Shown here: one piece after another, positions 11,370 to 28,458 of the stretch | Layout: every line of letters starts with the position of its first letter | Numbering within the stretch: position 1 is the first letter of the stretch | Origin: Cercozoa sp. M6MM | Lineage: Eukaryota; Protista; Endomyxa: Ascetosporea | Direction: 5' to 3' (one strand) | DNA: 61,948 nt | Assembly: GCA_040357565.1 (NCBI GenBank) | Contig: JBDODJ010000064.1 | Position numbers and translations under genes: made by a program | Notes under the pieces: model-generated | What the model was told of the DNA's origin: nothing | What the model saw: only the letters and a program-made list of their open reading frames with translations | The model's database searches: none

Positions 11370-14300
11370 ATGTGGGAACTAGTGTTATCGGTGCTTCTGG
11401 TCACCTCCGCACCCGCACGCGGCGTGATAACCCGTAATTTTTGATCTTTCGTCGAAGCAGGCTTTTGGATTTTGATTTTTGTGCTTAGTGAACTCATGGG
11501 AGTCGGTGCCATCGTACGGCGTAGACATTCGCTACGTTTATGGCTGTCTAATCGAGACTCTGTTGTCGGGAGCATCGTCAGCGGTTTACACCAGTAAAAC
11601 GACATTCGTCGATCACCTGGCGCTTCCGACTTCATATGTCCAGCGTGAGTACGTCGACTCGGTATCACTTTGTTCTTTTCGTTCTGAAAATGTGTCTTTT
11701 TCGGAGTTTTGCCTCCTCGCTTTGCCTCGCTCTTTTCATGTCGCTGACTATTCCTTGGTATGATGGAAGCGCAGAAGGAATGCATGGACCATGCCTATTC
11801 GAGTTCCGAGTCATTGGACGGCAAACGCCTCGCAATGGCCTACGCTGAGGCGCAGTTGCACGCTGAAAAGCGTAAACGAAACCTCCTAACTATTGTTGAT
11901 CTAGTTTCTTCGCGTGTTTTACTCAATAGTTTTACCCTAATTGCATATACCTTATGTAGCTTCCCTCAACACACTTGAGGCTAGTCTGGACAAGGACGAT
12001 AACGGTGCCCGTTATGTTTACATGTACACAACAAGTTCATCGCCCGTGTTTTCGACGAGCACACTGGTGGGCTCCGTACCGAATACGGCCGATAACGGAG
12101 ACAGAGCCTTGGTAAAGGCCAAACTGTTCTCGACACGAAGTGTAAATACCATCTGTCGTTTAGGTGACTCGAACTGTTGCTTCCGCAACGCTCCTCTCAA
12201 TTGAAATCGTCGGCTTTGGTTCGAGTTACGACGTTCATGTGAAATGCACATCGGACAAAAACGGGTATGAAGGAGGGACAACTTGGTACCGTCCGTTGCA
12301 CCCGGAAACTCGTCCCGTCGCCCCAGCTGTACCCAGTTTTTTGAAGAAAGAAAATGCTGCCCGATACACAGGCAGCTTTCAGAAAAATTGAATCACTTTC
12401 AGGTCGCATGGTCGGGATCGACTGCCTCTGTTCAAGTGCAATACGATCTGCCAACAACACTAACTGACGTGCTTCCTGCACACAGTGATGACAAACTGCT
12501 CCTCGGCTTTGACATTCTGACTGCTGATGGCAATACTGTCACTACGAGTGCCACGTTTGATGTTACCGACTCTTCCAGAGTACGACTATCCCACAATTAA
12601 ATCTGCGTTCCAGGCAGAAGAGACAAATGTACCACGCTGATAGGTGTTGGCACAACTGCCAATTGCGAATTCCGTCAACGAAACCACGAGTGTCTCAATA
12701 GGCAAGCACCTGACCGAGTGTCGAGCATTGGGACTGGTCCCTGCGCTGCTGACACCGCGTTTTGCACGTGCTTTTGTAAGACTGTCTCTTCTCTTTAAGC
12801 TGCAGCGAAAATTCTCGTTGATCTGGTCAGGAAGTGATCACTTACTTTGATGGCAACTTGGGCACGCGCACAAGCACCTGGTACAACAGCGCAGCCGACA
12901 CGACAGTGAGTGCATTCAGCTTCCCGTGTGTACCATCCTCGGTGGTGAAAGACACTGATTGGTCGATTGCGTGCGACACTGAGGTGGGCGGAGCTTGTGT
13001 GCCAACTCTGCTGAATAGTGACTTCATCGCACTCGACGCTGCCAGCAATCAGTGGACGTTCACCTTTCAGTTCGCTTGCAGCGGCTACAGCACTATAAGC
13101 GGCATCTCGTCCGGTGGCCATGTGGTACAGTTTACTACATTTACCACCGCATCTCAGTTCTTGCTTGTCGAGCTAGAGTATGAAACCTGAGGTGTATTCA
13201 GTTGCTTCCGGGCGACGTCTCTTGTACCGTCAGCATGGTTGCAGAAGGCCCAAGCACGAACATTCTCATGTCGGCGGGCACGGTCTCTGTCTCTTCGTTT
13301 AGCACAACGATCCTCACACGCTCCACCTGGGGTGCACGTCATGATGCCTTTAACGGGTAGTCCTATATTTCACCCATTAAAGGCAGATGTTTGCATTCCT
13401 GACCTGCAGAGTGTTGTACGCCAATGTGCCTACCTTCCTGGATGAAGCATCGGCACAGGTACAATATCAGATCCGCGTGGAACACCTGGGCTCACAGCTC
13501 TCGAATTGCGGAGTCGACGCTGCCATCGTCTCAAGCGATGAAATTGCTTTGCCTTTGGTATGTTTTTTGATCGGACCTTGAAGTAAAACCGACATCCAAC
13601 TGATTGATACGCACGTGTAGTCAAGTGACTGTCCCATACTGTTCGGTTCGGCTCATGTTAGTGTCGATGTATGTGTCCAAGCGAATCCGGGCACATCCGA
13701 CATTGGCCTCGGCGTCTTTGATGCAGTGAGTTTTCACAAACTATTATTGTTTTCTGCTTTTATATTCTCAATCTGTAGGCTTGCACGACAGTAGAGATAC
13801 TGGACATGTCGAATGCTCCAGTTGTGGACACTTGGACCAGTGCGTGGGGTCTACAGTACAAGATCTCACAAGGCTGCCTCTATGAGTCAGACAACCCGAC
13901 AACCGTGCAGTCTTTCAACACAGCTGGCAACTGTCTTTCCACCAGCGGCACTGCCAATCGCGTTGCTGCCTTCCTTGCTGGCGAAGCTTTGTTGGTACAG
14001 CTACATTTGATTCGATTAACATCATTGCACTATGTTGCTGCAGGGGGAAACGAGTGCTCAACCAGACGAACAAGTGCGCTACGTGCAGTTCAACATGAGT
14101 GCCTCTGTTGCCGACGACGTTGTCATGAGTATCAATGTGCACTCTTTCACGAGTGCTTTCGTAGCAAGTCTGCTCGACAATAATACGGTACTTGGGTTGA
14201 GTTCTATCTGTGTATGCTTGTTATACTGCGTGTTGACAGTCGGTGGCACCTCACACAAGTGTGAGAGTAGTGGCGGCAGTTCCAACAGACGCATTCATGC

Positions 14301-17300
14301 TGGGCGTAGAGTATTCTGTTCCCTACGTCCCTTCGGCAACGGCAACGACAGGCACTGGATGCGACTTTTACAAGTACGCCTGGCCAAGTGCTACTCATTG
14401 CTACGACGCTTCCACATCTTGGGCGAAGCCACTAATGCTGGAAGTGCGACCAGAGACACCGAGCATTTCGTTCGATGCTCTGCAAGCGCAGTGGATCGAT
14501 GTGCAGTACGCATCGACTTCGCTCCCGACAGAACTGCAGGACTACACCGTCACTCTGACCAATGATACCATCGATGTCTCGTTCGACGCCGTCAACGCCT
14601 CGGGCACGACCACCAGTACAGCAATGCTGACTTCTCAGGGCTCGCTGTCACTTGACGCGCTTCTGACACTGTGCCGCTCCTTCTCCGGTACAGTTGCCTA
14701 TCTTCAGCTGTTTTATACACACATATCGTTTGATTTTCTCGGTTTAGAGATGGACAACACACTGGTGCAACCGTCAATTGAGCGCACATTCACAGCGCCC
14801 TATTACGTAGCACCACAACTTTATTTAAATTCATACTGGACCACGATTCTACTTATTTGTTCATACAGACACCGAGCACAATAACAGCGGGAGCAGTGGC
14901 ATCGAGTGACGCCGCCTTCCCTTGCATGAGCGCTCTCTTGCACAACGGAACTGATCTGTCGGTACAGTGTGACGCATACGCCTGCACTGTGGCACCTCTC
15001 GGGAACGTATCCTCTCTGGTGTCGATGTTGGACAACACTTTGTGGGCGCTGCAACTTGAAGTTGCGGGCAGTGTGCAAACCAAGACCTACAGTTACAGCA
15101 GTCGTCTGCTGCTGCCTGTCGATACCTACACAGTGACGGCAAAGACAATCTTTAACTCAAGCTTCTCCTTGTCAAGCACACTCATGTTCGGCGGCAGTCC
15201 GACTTTCAGTGTGTCTGACAACTTCCCAGCGATGACACTGAGTGCCTATCACAACGACACTGCCAACAGCCTTGTTGTCGAAGGCTTGCCTGTGCTCAAC
15301 GACGAATATTCCATCAACGTACCCACTGTTTTTGATACTCTATAAACACATCAGATTGTGGTTGCAGATTCCATACACGGTGTGGGTGGAGCAAGCCGGC
15401 ACCAATGTCACAGGATGCACGTGGACACAAACCCTGCCACTCGAACTTTCACTCTCCGTGTGCGTTGGACTGACCTACGACGCTGTTGCAACGCTCAAGG
15501 CGCGCGCCGTGCCGCTCAACAGTCAGTTCGGCGACGTGTACCCTGTGGTGCAGACCGACGTGCTGCTGCTGGCACAGACGAGTGTGCCCGTGTCACAAGT
15601 GTGGAACACTGCTGCCTCGTGGAACGTGCAGTATCGACTCGTGCCAGGTTGTGTCGTCACTGTCGATGGCACTCGCAGCATGATGGATGCCAGTGCGTGT
15701 TACAACAACGCTTTCACAGGCAGCAACAATGTCACGTTCGAGGCACTGTACGCAGCGACTGAGTTGCGACGCGAGCATGTGCACGACATTGACAGTTCCG
15801 TCAGTAGCAACGTGTCCAGCAGCAGCACGGAGTTCTCGCTGCTCGCGTTCGATTTGAACGGCACCAGCAACTACACTCTTGCTGCCACCAGTGAGCAGGT
15901 CGTGGAGCTGTGGCCCAGCACTACCGTATCGCAGTTTGATCTGTTGAGATTGAGGATCGCCGAAAGCTACGGCGTGGCATTCTCTGCTGGTTTGGGGTGC
16001 GTGCTCGTGCTGTCAGACAACACGACTACGTGCTATGACGTTTCGTTTGGTGCTTATGCTGCACCTTTGAGGTTTGAGTTGCGTCCGCTGGTATGCCACA
16101 CAGTTACTTTGACCCTCGACTAGTTGTTGGCTCTGTCAAGTGAATCATTGTTTCCACTGTGAACTGCAGGCACCAGTCGTATTAGCCTCTAACGCCAGCA
16201 TTTCACTGCAAACAACTGTGCCTGCACTTCCAGAGGCAGTATCTGCCTCGAGCGTTCCACTGGACAACGAATGCTCTGTGATTTGCTTTGACACGCTGAA
16301 TGCTTCGGACTTGAGTGTCGTTTCAAGTGGCACCTGTACCCAAAACAGCGCGAATGTCGGTGAACTCGTAAGCGTCGAAGAAATGATGATTGCTTGTCGC
16401 GCGGATGCACACCAAAATAAAATTGTTCGACCTCGGTTCGCACGCATATTCTCGACTTTCGTCGAGGGCAGCAGCACCTGGAACTCGGTCAGCGAGCTGA
16501 GTGCCGTTGTCGCAGACACCTATTTCCCCTGCCTGTCGGAGACTGTACCCAACAGTACGCTGGTGTCGGTGACTTGCGACGCATTCGCATTTTGTCAAGT
16601 TATCTTGCTGAACAATGCACTGGTGCCGAACAACTCAGCTTGGTCGCTCAGTGTGCGCGTCACCAGTGGAAGCGATACCCGCGCGTACCAACCTACGAGT
16701 AAAATCCTGTTGCCGGTCGGTTCCGCAACGATGCAGCTGGTGGCACACAATACTATCACTCTCGTCGACATCGTGAGTCTTATGGACAACGTCACTGTCG
16801 AGAACAACTTTGACGTGTCACCCAGCGCCTATCACAATGCTACTTCTGCCACACTGGTGCTCGAAAATCTGCCCGAACTGACAGATGAAGCGTCGGCAGC
16901 CATTCTCTATACGGTGTGGCTACAGCAAGGGGGGTTAAATGTGACTGCATGCACATGGACTCAAACGCCTCCTTTCGTCTTGTCCCTCGCTTCGTGTGTT
17001 GGGCTTACATACGACACTGTCGCAACAGTGAGAGCACGTGCTATGCCCTCGAACAGTCAGTTCGGTGACGTGTATCCCACCGTGGAGACCGAAATCGTGC
17101 TGCTTTCGCCAAGCAGTGTCGTGCTTGACTCATGGGTCCTCATGCCAACCTGGAACGTGCTGTACCGACTCGTGAGCGGCTGTTACGACTCAAACACGCC
17201 GACGCAGGAGTGCTTCCCCAGCGAAAGCAACGATATCGTTGCGCTGTTTGCTGTGAGTGAACTGCGACGACATCACATTGACAGCATCGATTTGCAGGGT

Positions 17301-20300
17301 CAAGTATTCATGGAGGCTTACGACGTGGCTGGCACTGGCACTTTCAACAGTTCCAACGGTCACCTGGAGTTGTGGCCAAGCACGCAGATCTCTCACTGGG
17401 ATATCGCCTCCGTCCATACCAACAGTAGCACATGCAGCATGACCGTCAACAATGTCGGCACTCCGATCACGTGTAATGACACCAACGTGTCTCCCTACGT
17501 GACACCGCTGCGAATGGAGGTAGAGCCATTGATACCGACGGTTTCGGTTAGTGCCGACGGCAGCATGAGTCTCAGCATGCCGACGGTTTCAGTGCCGAGT
17601 CATGTCTATTTGCCTCCGTACACCGACACTGTCGAACTCTGCCTCGACACCGATATCGCATGTGAGGCAACATCGAGCTCGGTTTCATTTGATTCTGTAC
17701 TTGAATGGTGTCGCCGACATGTGCACAATGCGCCTGTGTATCCTCGTTTCCGCCGCGTGTTCCAAACGGGGTCGAAAAACTTCTCTGGCGCGCTTACGTC
17801 CACGAGCGATAGCTATGAGCTGCCTTGCTTTGCGTCGCACTTGTAAGCTGCAGTAATAAAAAGTGTGAAGTGTTGTACCAAAAGTATTTGTTGCATAGGA
17901 GCAGCAGTGAAACTGCGATTGTGTGCGATCCAGTGTTCGGGGGTATTTGCGATGTGAGTATTTATCTCGCAACTTCATGGTCGACGAAGCTACGGGTTCA
18001 CATGGACAACGACACGCAAACAGCAGCCGTGAACACTACACTCGTGCTGCCAGCAGGAACAAACACAATAGAACTGGTGACCTACGAGACGGACAAAGAA
18101 GTCGTATCGCTTGTCGAAACTGTCACAGTGCTGACTGTCACCAGTTTGCCCAGTGCACAACACGACTTCGAACTAGACACATTGAACATAACGGTGCTGC
18201 CTCTGACCATCGGTGGAACAGCAGTGCCCTATGACATTCGAATCGAGCAAAGCACCGGCGTCGTTTGCAGTCTCAATGCGACAACGAACCAAACGATTTT
18301 GCTGCCACTCGCGCTGTGCCCTGCCATCGATCGGTCGGATCCCGTGAGCGTCTACGCAGCACCTCGTGTGACTGCCTTGAATGGAGCCCCGTACCCTGCA
18401 TTGGAGGCACACAACGTCACTGTGAAACATCTATATGCCCCGTTGGCGCTTGTGGTTGAGGGCGGAACAAATCGCACACTGCCACATGGCGGTGCCTTGG
18501 TTCTCGACATCTCGTACTCGCACGACGTCGTCAACACGAGCAACACGGACAGATTTGATCTAACGCTGGTGTGCACAGCTAACGCGACGCAGATTCCGTG
18601 CAACTTTGTCGACTTCATAAGCAAGTTGCCGTCGCGGTTCAGCGTCGCCATCGCTGCCGATGCCTTGATTGGACCTTCGCTGTACACACTGCAAATCACA
18701 GTGACGGACTCACAGCGCGAAGTTCCCACCTCCTCAATGACAGTGTCGCTGTTGGTGTTGAAGCCAGTGCAGGCACCTGTGGTCTACGTTGCTGCTGCCA
18801 TTGCTTCTGGAACGACTGGCACGGACTCGCACGTCATTCCTGCCGTTTTGGACAATGAGTACATTCGAATTGAAGGCTCCGCTGCGCTTTCCGTGAATGG
18901 GCAACCTGCGGTGGCCGCTGACGATGAAACTCTCGCTTTGCACAATGTATAAAACACACTTTGTATGGGCAGTTTCTGTTATACATTTGCGTGCTAGGCG
19001 ACGCTCGTATGGACCAGCAACAGCGTCAACCTGAGCGAGGCGTCGGAAACAATGGCAACGATGCGAGCACTCACACTGCGAATGGAAGCACTGCCACAGA
19101 ACGTGCCACTCGAGGTTGAACTGCAAGCACACGTGCTGTTTTATGGCGAATGGACGCTCTCATCGAGTGTGACGGTTCAGTTCGAAGTGAGAAGCTCCGG
19201 CAACGTGACGATAAACGTCAGCAACGACACCAGCAGTCTCCTGCTCCACTATCTGTTCCATCAAGCAGCGCAAACCGTCTCCATTGATCGCAAGTCAAAA
19301 CGAAAGATACTGGCCTCTTGCAGTGGAGTACCATCGCAGGTGTCACGTGTGCAGATGCGCTACGTTAGCGTCATCGATGGTCTTGTGCTGCCCATCACGG
19401 AGTGGCAACAACAAACTTTCCCCAGAGGCCAACAGAAGCTGTCACTGCCGTCTTTTGATACCACACTGCTGCCGAACGGTGTCATGCGCATTTACGTTGA
19501 ACTGATGGACGATCGTGGAGGTGGCAGTGTGTCGGCGCCGCTCGATCTTTCGATCTTTGACGACGTGGCAACCTGGGACACCAAGTGTCAGGCCTACCTC
19601 GACGATCTCGCTGTACCACACAACACATAGATTTACACGTTATTTTAACTACGCTAGTGTGTAGAGCGTGACTGCAACTGACGTGCGGGAGTTGCATGCA
19701 GCATGGCGAGTGGCCCGCAGTCTCGCCTATGACGCCGACGGTGCCGAAGCGACAGACGCCACTGCAGGCGACCTCACGCAGAGTCAAACCTGCCGTCGCT
19801 TGTACAGGCGTCTGCAGTGGCGCTTGCTCCGCGTGCAAGCCAGCGTGGGTGCCTTCACACGCGGCAACCGACATTCGTCAGAGGGGTACGCGATTGAAAG
19901 TGACGACTCGCTCGAGCAGGTGCTCCAGTTGGGCAGCGACACGGCCAGCAGTGTCGCAGCACTCGGCTTTGGCTCGACGAGCACTACCAAAGCAACGGCT
20001 TCGTATAGTACGACCACAGCACCCACGACACACGACGATGTCAGCGACGCAGAGGATGAATCAATCGAAACCGTCGGCGCCTTTGTCGGAGCAGTCAAGC
20101 GCCTCGCGCGTCCTTCCAGAGTACTGGGCAGTCTCACTTTTGACTGTACATTAATTTGGCAATAAATTTACAAATGTGATACAAGTAGAACCTGGTGCGC
20201 AACGTGGCTTCTGGACTGGGACAAGTGCTGCATGGCTCACGCCGCCGCTACACGCGTCGCCGCGCGAGTTTGCTGCAAGAAAGTCCCACGACCTTCGGCG

Positions 20301-22656
20301 AGGAGGTGCGGCACTGCATCTTGATGAACTGGGCGCTCAAGCAGGCTCAGCACCTACTCAAGGCGCAGGCGCGCGATATGCTCGGCGGCGAGCAGATCGA
20401 TCTGCACGAAATCTACGGCATGAACCTTTCTGTCGTGAATGGAGACACACCGACGCAGCTCCAGGCGGCGCGAGTGCAGGTGTATGACATTCTTCGCTCG
20501 AACCAAAGTGGCACTACCCCGACGTCTGTGTACAATGGCACCGCCTCCAGTACCGGTCTTGGTCGATCGACGCTGTCACTCCGAGTGGTGCAGTTGTCGC
20601 CGGAACTCTTCAAAGAAACCACCAACTGTCTGGCAGGTCACCGACCTCGCACGGTGTGTTGCTTTCTCTTCTTGATTTTTCTCGTTTAAACTCGTATTTT
20701 GTGGCTCCTAGGTGGACCGCATGGTGCCGCAACGTGCCTGCGGAATCGTGTCGATCGAGAGTGACTCGACAGTGAAAGACGTGTCACTGGACCCGTGTGC
20801 AGCTGGTCCTGTCAGTGACACCGCGGAGGACGTCGAATGCGTGTTCTGGACGGGTACAATCTGGAGTACGGAAGGCTGCGTCACGGAGCGTTCGGCTTCG
20901 GGCGTTCTCCAGTGCCGCTGCTCGCACCTGACCACCTTCGCTGTGGCCCGTCGACTCGTCGCGGAAGTGCAGAACGCCATGCTTGTACTCTTTACTCCCT
21001 CAACATGAGTAGCATAGTACGCTTTGCTGTCTGCAGAATGGCACGGAATCGCGAATGTCGATTCTGCAGTCGATGCATGCACTGCCACAAGAGGCAAAAC
21101 TGCCTCTCTTTGTTATTGGCGGTTTCTATGGCGCGATCTTCCTGGTCGGTATCGTGATCACGGTGCCACTGGCGCTGTCGCTACGCAGTCGACAGTCGCG
21201 ATTGTCGGGATCCGGCACCTCAATGTCGCTGCTGTCCGCATCAACGAAATCGCTGGTGAAGCGCGTGAGTCGGCGAACTCGGCGTCGTGCCTTTCTGCTG
21301 TCCGGTGTCACCACGCTGCTGGCCGGCATGCGCACAGGCAGCACACTCGTGTTGGCACTGTCGCTCGGAGAGGACGGCGTCCCCAGCGACATTGTGTCGC
21401 AAATTGTCGGTCTCGTGGTGTCGGCTTTGCCTGACGCACTCAAGTATTGGGCACTCTCCTGGGTCGTCATCGAGTGGGCCGCCATCTGTCACTGTACATT
21501 TCCCTTTGTCTTTTTAGTGATTGTGGAAACCTATGCTTTCATGTATAATTCAAAGTCTGCATGCGGCACTCGGCGAATCCGACGCGACCGCTGCAGCGAG
21601 TGTTTCTTGGCGCCAACAGCTCAGTTTCGCTTATCATTTCGGGAATAATGATTGCTGCTGCCGCACTCCTGCTGAGTGACTCAACGTATCAGCAACTCTC
21701 TGTGGTTATCTCGCTGCTCAACATCGGCAGCATTCTGCTCTGCCTCGCATCGGCGGCCACATGTGCCGCCTTCCTGTTGTACGGCTCTCTGCTGGCGCGC
21801 AAGCTGTGGCGCGAACACCGCCGACAGTACGCGAACCCGCAACCCGTCGTGCACATGCTGCTGATGAAGCGACCCGAAGACGAAAACAGCGACATGGACC
21901 CGTACCATTTACTATCTTCAAGCTTTCTTTGGAGTGTAAAATTGTATTGGTTTGCTTGCAAGCAGAGCGAAAAAGAAATTGTTAGAAGCGCTCATTGGCG
22001 CCGCTTCGCGCGTGCGACGCTTTGTTCTGACGCCGATGCAAGCGCGTACCTGGGCGCGTCTCCGCGGCTCCATCTTCCGCCTGTACGTTTAGTTTACTCA
22101 CTGCCTGTGTGGTATCAGTGTGGTGTGCACACACAGATTTGGAATCTCGAGTGTCGTTGCGACGCTGATGTTGCTGAATGCCTCGATCACGCTGTTCGCT
22201 CTGATGGCAAAGGAGATCTCGGAACGCACACTGATGCATGTCTTCCTGGTGTCGCTGTCGCTCGACGCGATGTTGTTTGCCTTCTTCCTCGTGCTGCAAA
22301 GCAAGGTACCTCAGTTCTTATGTTGTAAAGGACGCTGCCCTCACCGTTCCACCTGCACGTTTCAGACACTACGCGCACACCAAGCAGCCACACGGGCCTA
22401 CCGCTCCACCATGTCGGAGAGTAACTCCACCAGCACCGGTGACAAGACTTCCATCCCAACCCACGACGACCTGATCGCCAAGAAGGCACGAGCACTGCGA
22501 CAGGTACCTTTTGGTGACTTCAATTGTCATTTTATTTGGTAAACACCATCTTGGTAGGAGCAAGTGCGCCAAGCCAAACGCGCACGCCGTCGTGTGCAGG
22601 TGAACCTCAAGCTCAAAGCAGCGACCACACAGGAACACCCGCCTAGGCAAGACTAA
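11370..22656 (+). CDS. Giant adhesion-receptor-like protein: signal peptide, 4 large repeated modules, REJ/PKD-like region, GAIN/GPS, 7TM (roughly 3,000 aa, estimated)
   Basis: ATG 11370 MWELVLSVLLVTSAPARG; continuous chain of + strand exons joined by GT-AG introns; REJ-like PLALVVEGGTNRTLPHGGALVLDISYSHD (~18440); GPS at 20838-20946; seven hydrophobic segments 21100-22300; stop TAA 22654-22656. Confidence 0.82.
20838..20946 (+). other. GPS (GPCR proteolysis site) motif with intact HL|T cleavage triad
   Basis: CVFWTGTIWSTEGCVTERSASGVLQCRCSHLTTFAV matches the GPS consensus C-x-x-W...W...GC...C-x-C-x-H-L-T-x-F-A-V. Confidence 0.95.
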
Positions 22657-22817
22657 GCCCTGATCTTCATTCCTTCCAGAAACCGTACATTCAAATTATG
22701 ACGAATAAATTGATACAACTTCAGTTCAATAAACTATCGATAACTTCGAGAAGTGATATCTCAAAACTCAGCATCCAATGACGATTTAGTCACTTGAACC
22801 GTTTAGTTTCTTTTCAA

Positions 22818-23791
22818 ATGAATCATCCACAGCATCTGTTGCCTAAATTGGTATGTTTGTGTCCATTCTGCTCTTTTTTGTGCTTTTTCTCGTTTTGGCC
22901 TGCTCATGTGTCCTTGTGGCACTGTGGCAGAGGATAGAACGGCGGCAGTTCAAGCACGTCGTGCGTGCAGTGCTGCACACCATTTGCTTTGGCCGCCTGC
23001 TGGACAGGCAAGACTACTCAGAGGTACCCAGCGTGTGTGTTGAGGTGTGTCGCTCACCTTTGTTTTTTTTCTTGTGGGGGGCAGTTCGAAGTGAGTGGTC
23101 TGGGTGTGCGCTGCTGCCGAGTGGACGACGTGCAACTCGAGCGACACATTGAGGAGCAGCTGGACCTGCTGGAAAACCACGTCAGACAAAGTCGCGACCA
23201 CTTGTTCACTGTAATACATATGTACTCGTGACCTAACCAATGTTTAGTTTGTACATGTCAAAACACAGGTGACACTGGCGTTCTTCATCGAAAGCACTGG
23301 TACTCACAATACCACGTGTGTGTGATCTTGATTTAAAACTGGTTTCTGCCTGCAGAGAAAGGCATCCTGTCGACACGCAAGGTGCGGCACAACTGGGAGT
23401 CATGGACGCTGCCAGTACAGGTAGTTCACCACCAGCCAATGACACGTGACGAACTCGTCGGCGTTCTCGATCACGTCCAGGTAGACACTGGTCGCCTTTA
23501 TCTTTTTGTCCCACCTACCCCCCCCCCCCATAGTTGGTGTGCATGGAGCACACGTCGCACATCCCTAGTGAAGTGCTCGATGGCGCCTCACCCTTCCGCT
23601 GTGTCGTCACGTTCGATCGCAAGCGCAAAAAGAGCGGCGACGGGTATCTTTTTGACATACTGTCCCCGGCTACTGATTTTGGGGGACATGCCGATGCACT
23701 TGGTCAGATGGCTTGGGTCGGCCGCACGCTTCTTTGCTTCGGATGCGCCTCCTTTGGGTTAACACGACAGCTGCTGCCTCGCGTTGATTAA
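22818..23791 (+). CDS. ATG101: Autophagy-related protein 101 (HORMA domain)
   Basis: MNHPQHLLPKL-RIERRQFKHVVRAVLHTICFGRLL...CCRVDDVQLERHIEEQL...VTLAFF...NWESWTLPVQV...HTSHIP...PFRC matches the ATG101 pattern (AVLHT, WExW, HIP). Confidence 0.85.
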
Positions 23792-23994
23792 CTTACGTCG
23801 TAAGCAGTAGCAACTGACTCACGCTCAGAAAACGTGGTATGATGCTCGGTGCCATCAGCAAACCGGCGGGTATGTGGTCACCGGCCTATCACTGGGCAAT
23901 CGTTTGATCATGAAAAACGCGCAGAGCTTATAACTTTGTAGTTTTTACACACTTGCGCAGCAGTACAACGGCGAGCGCGCGCACTTGACACGCC

Positions 23995-28458
<4,464 letters not shown>

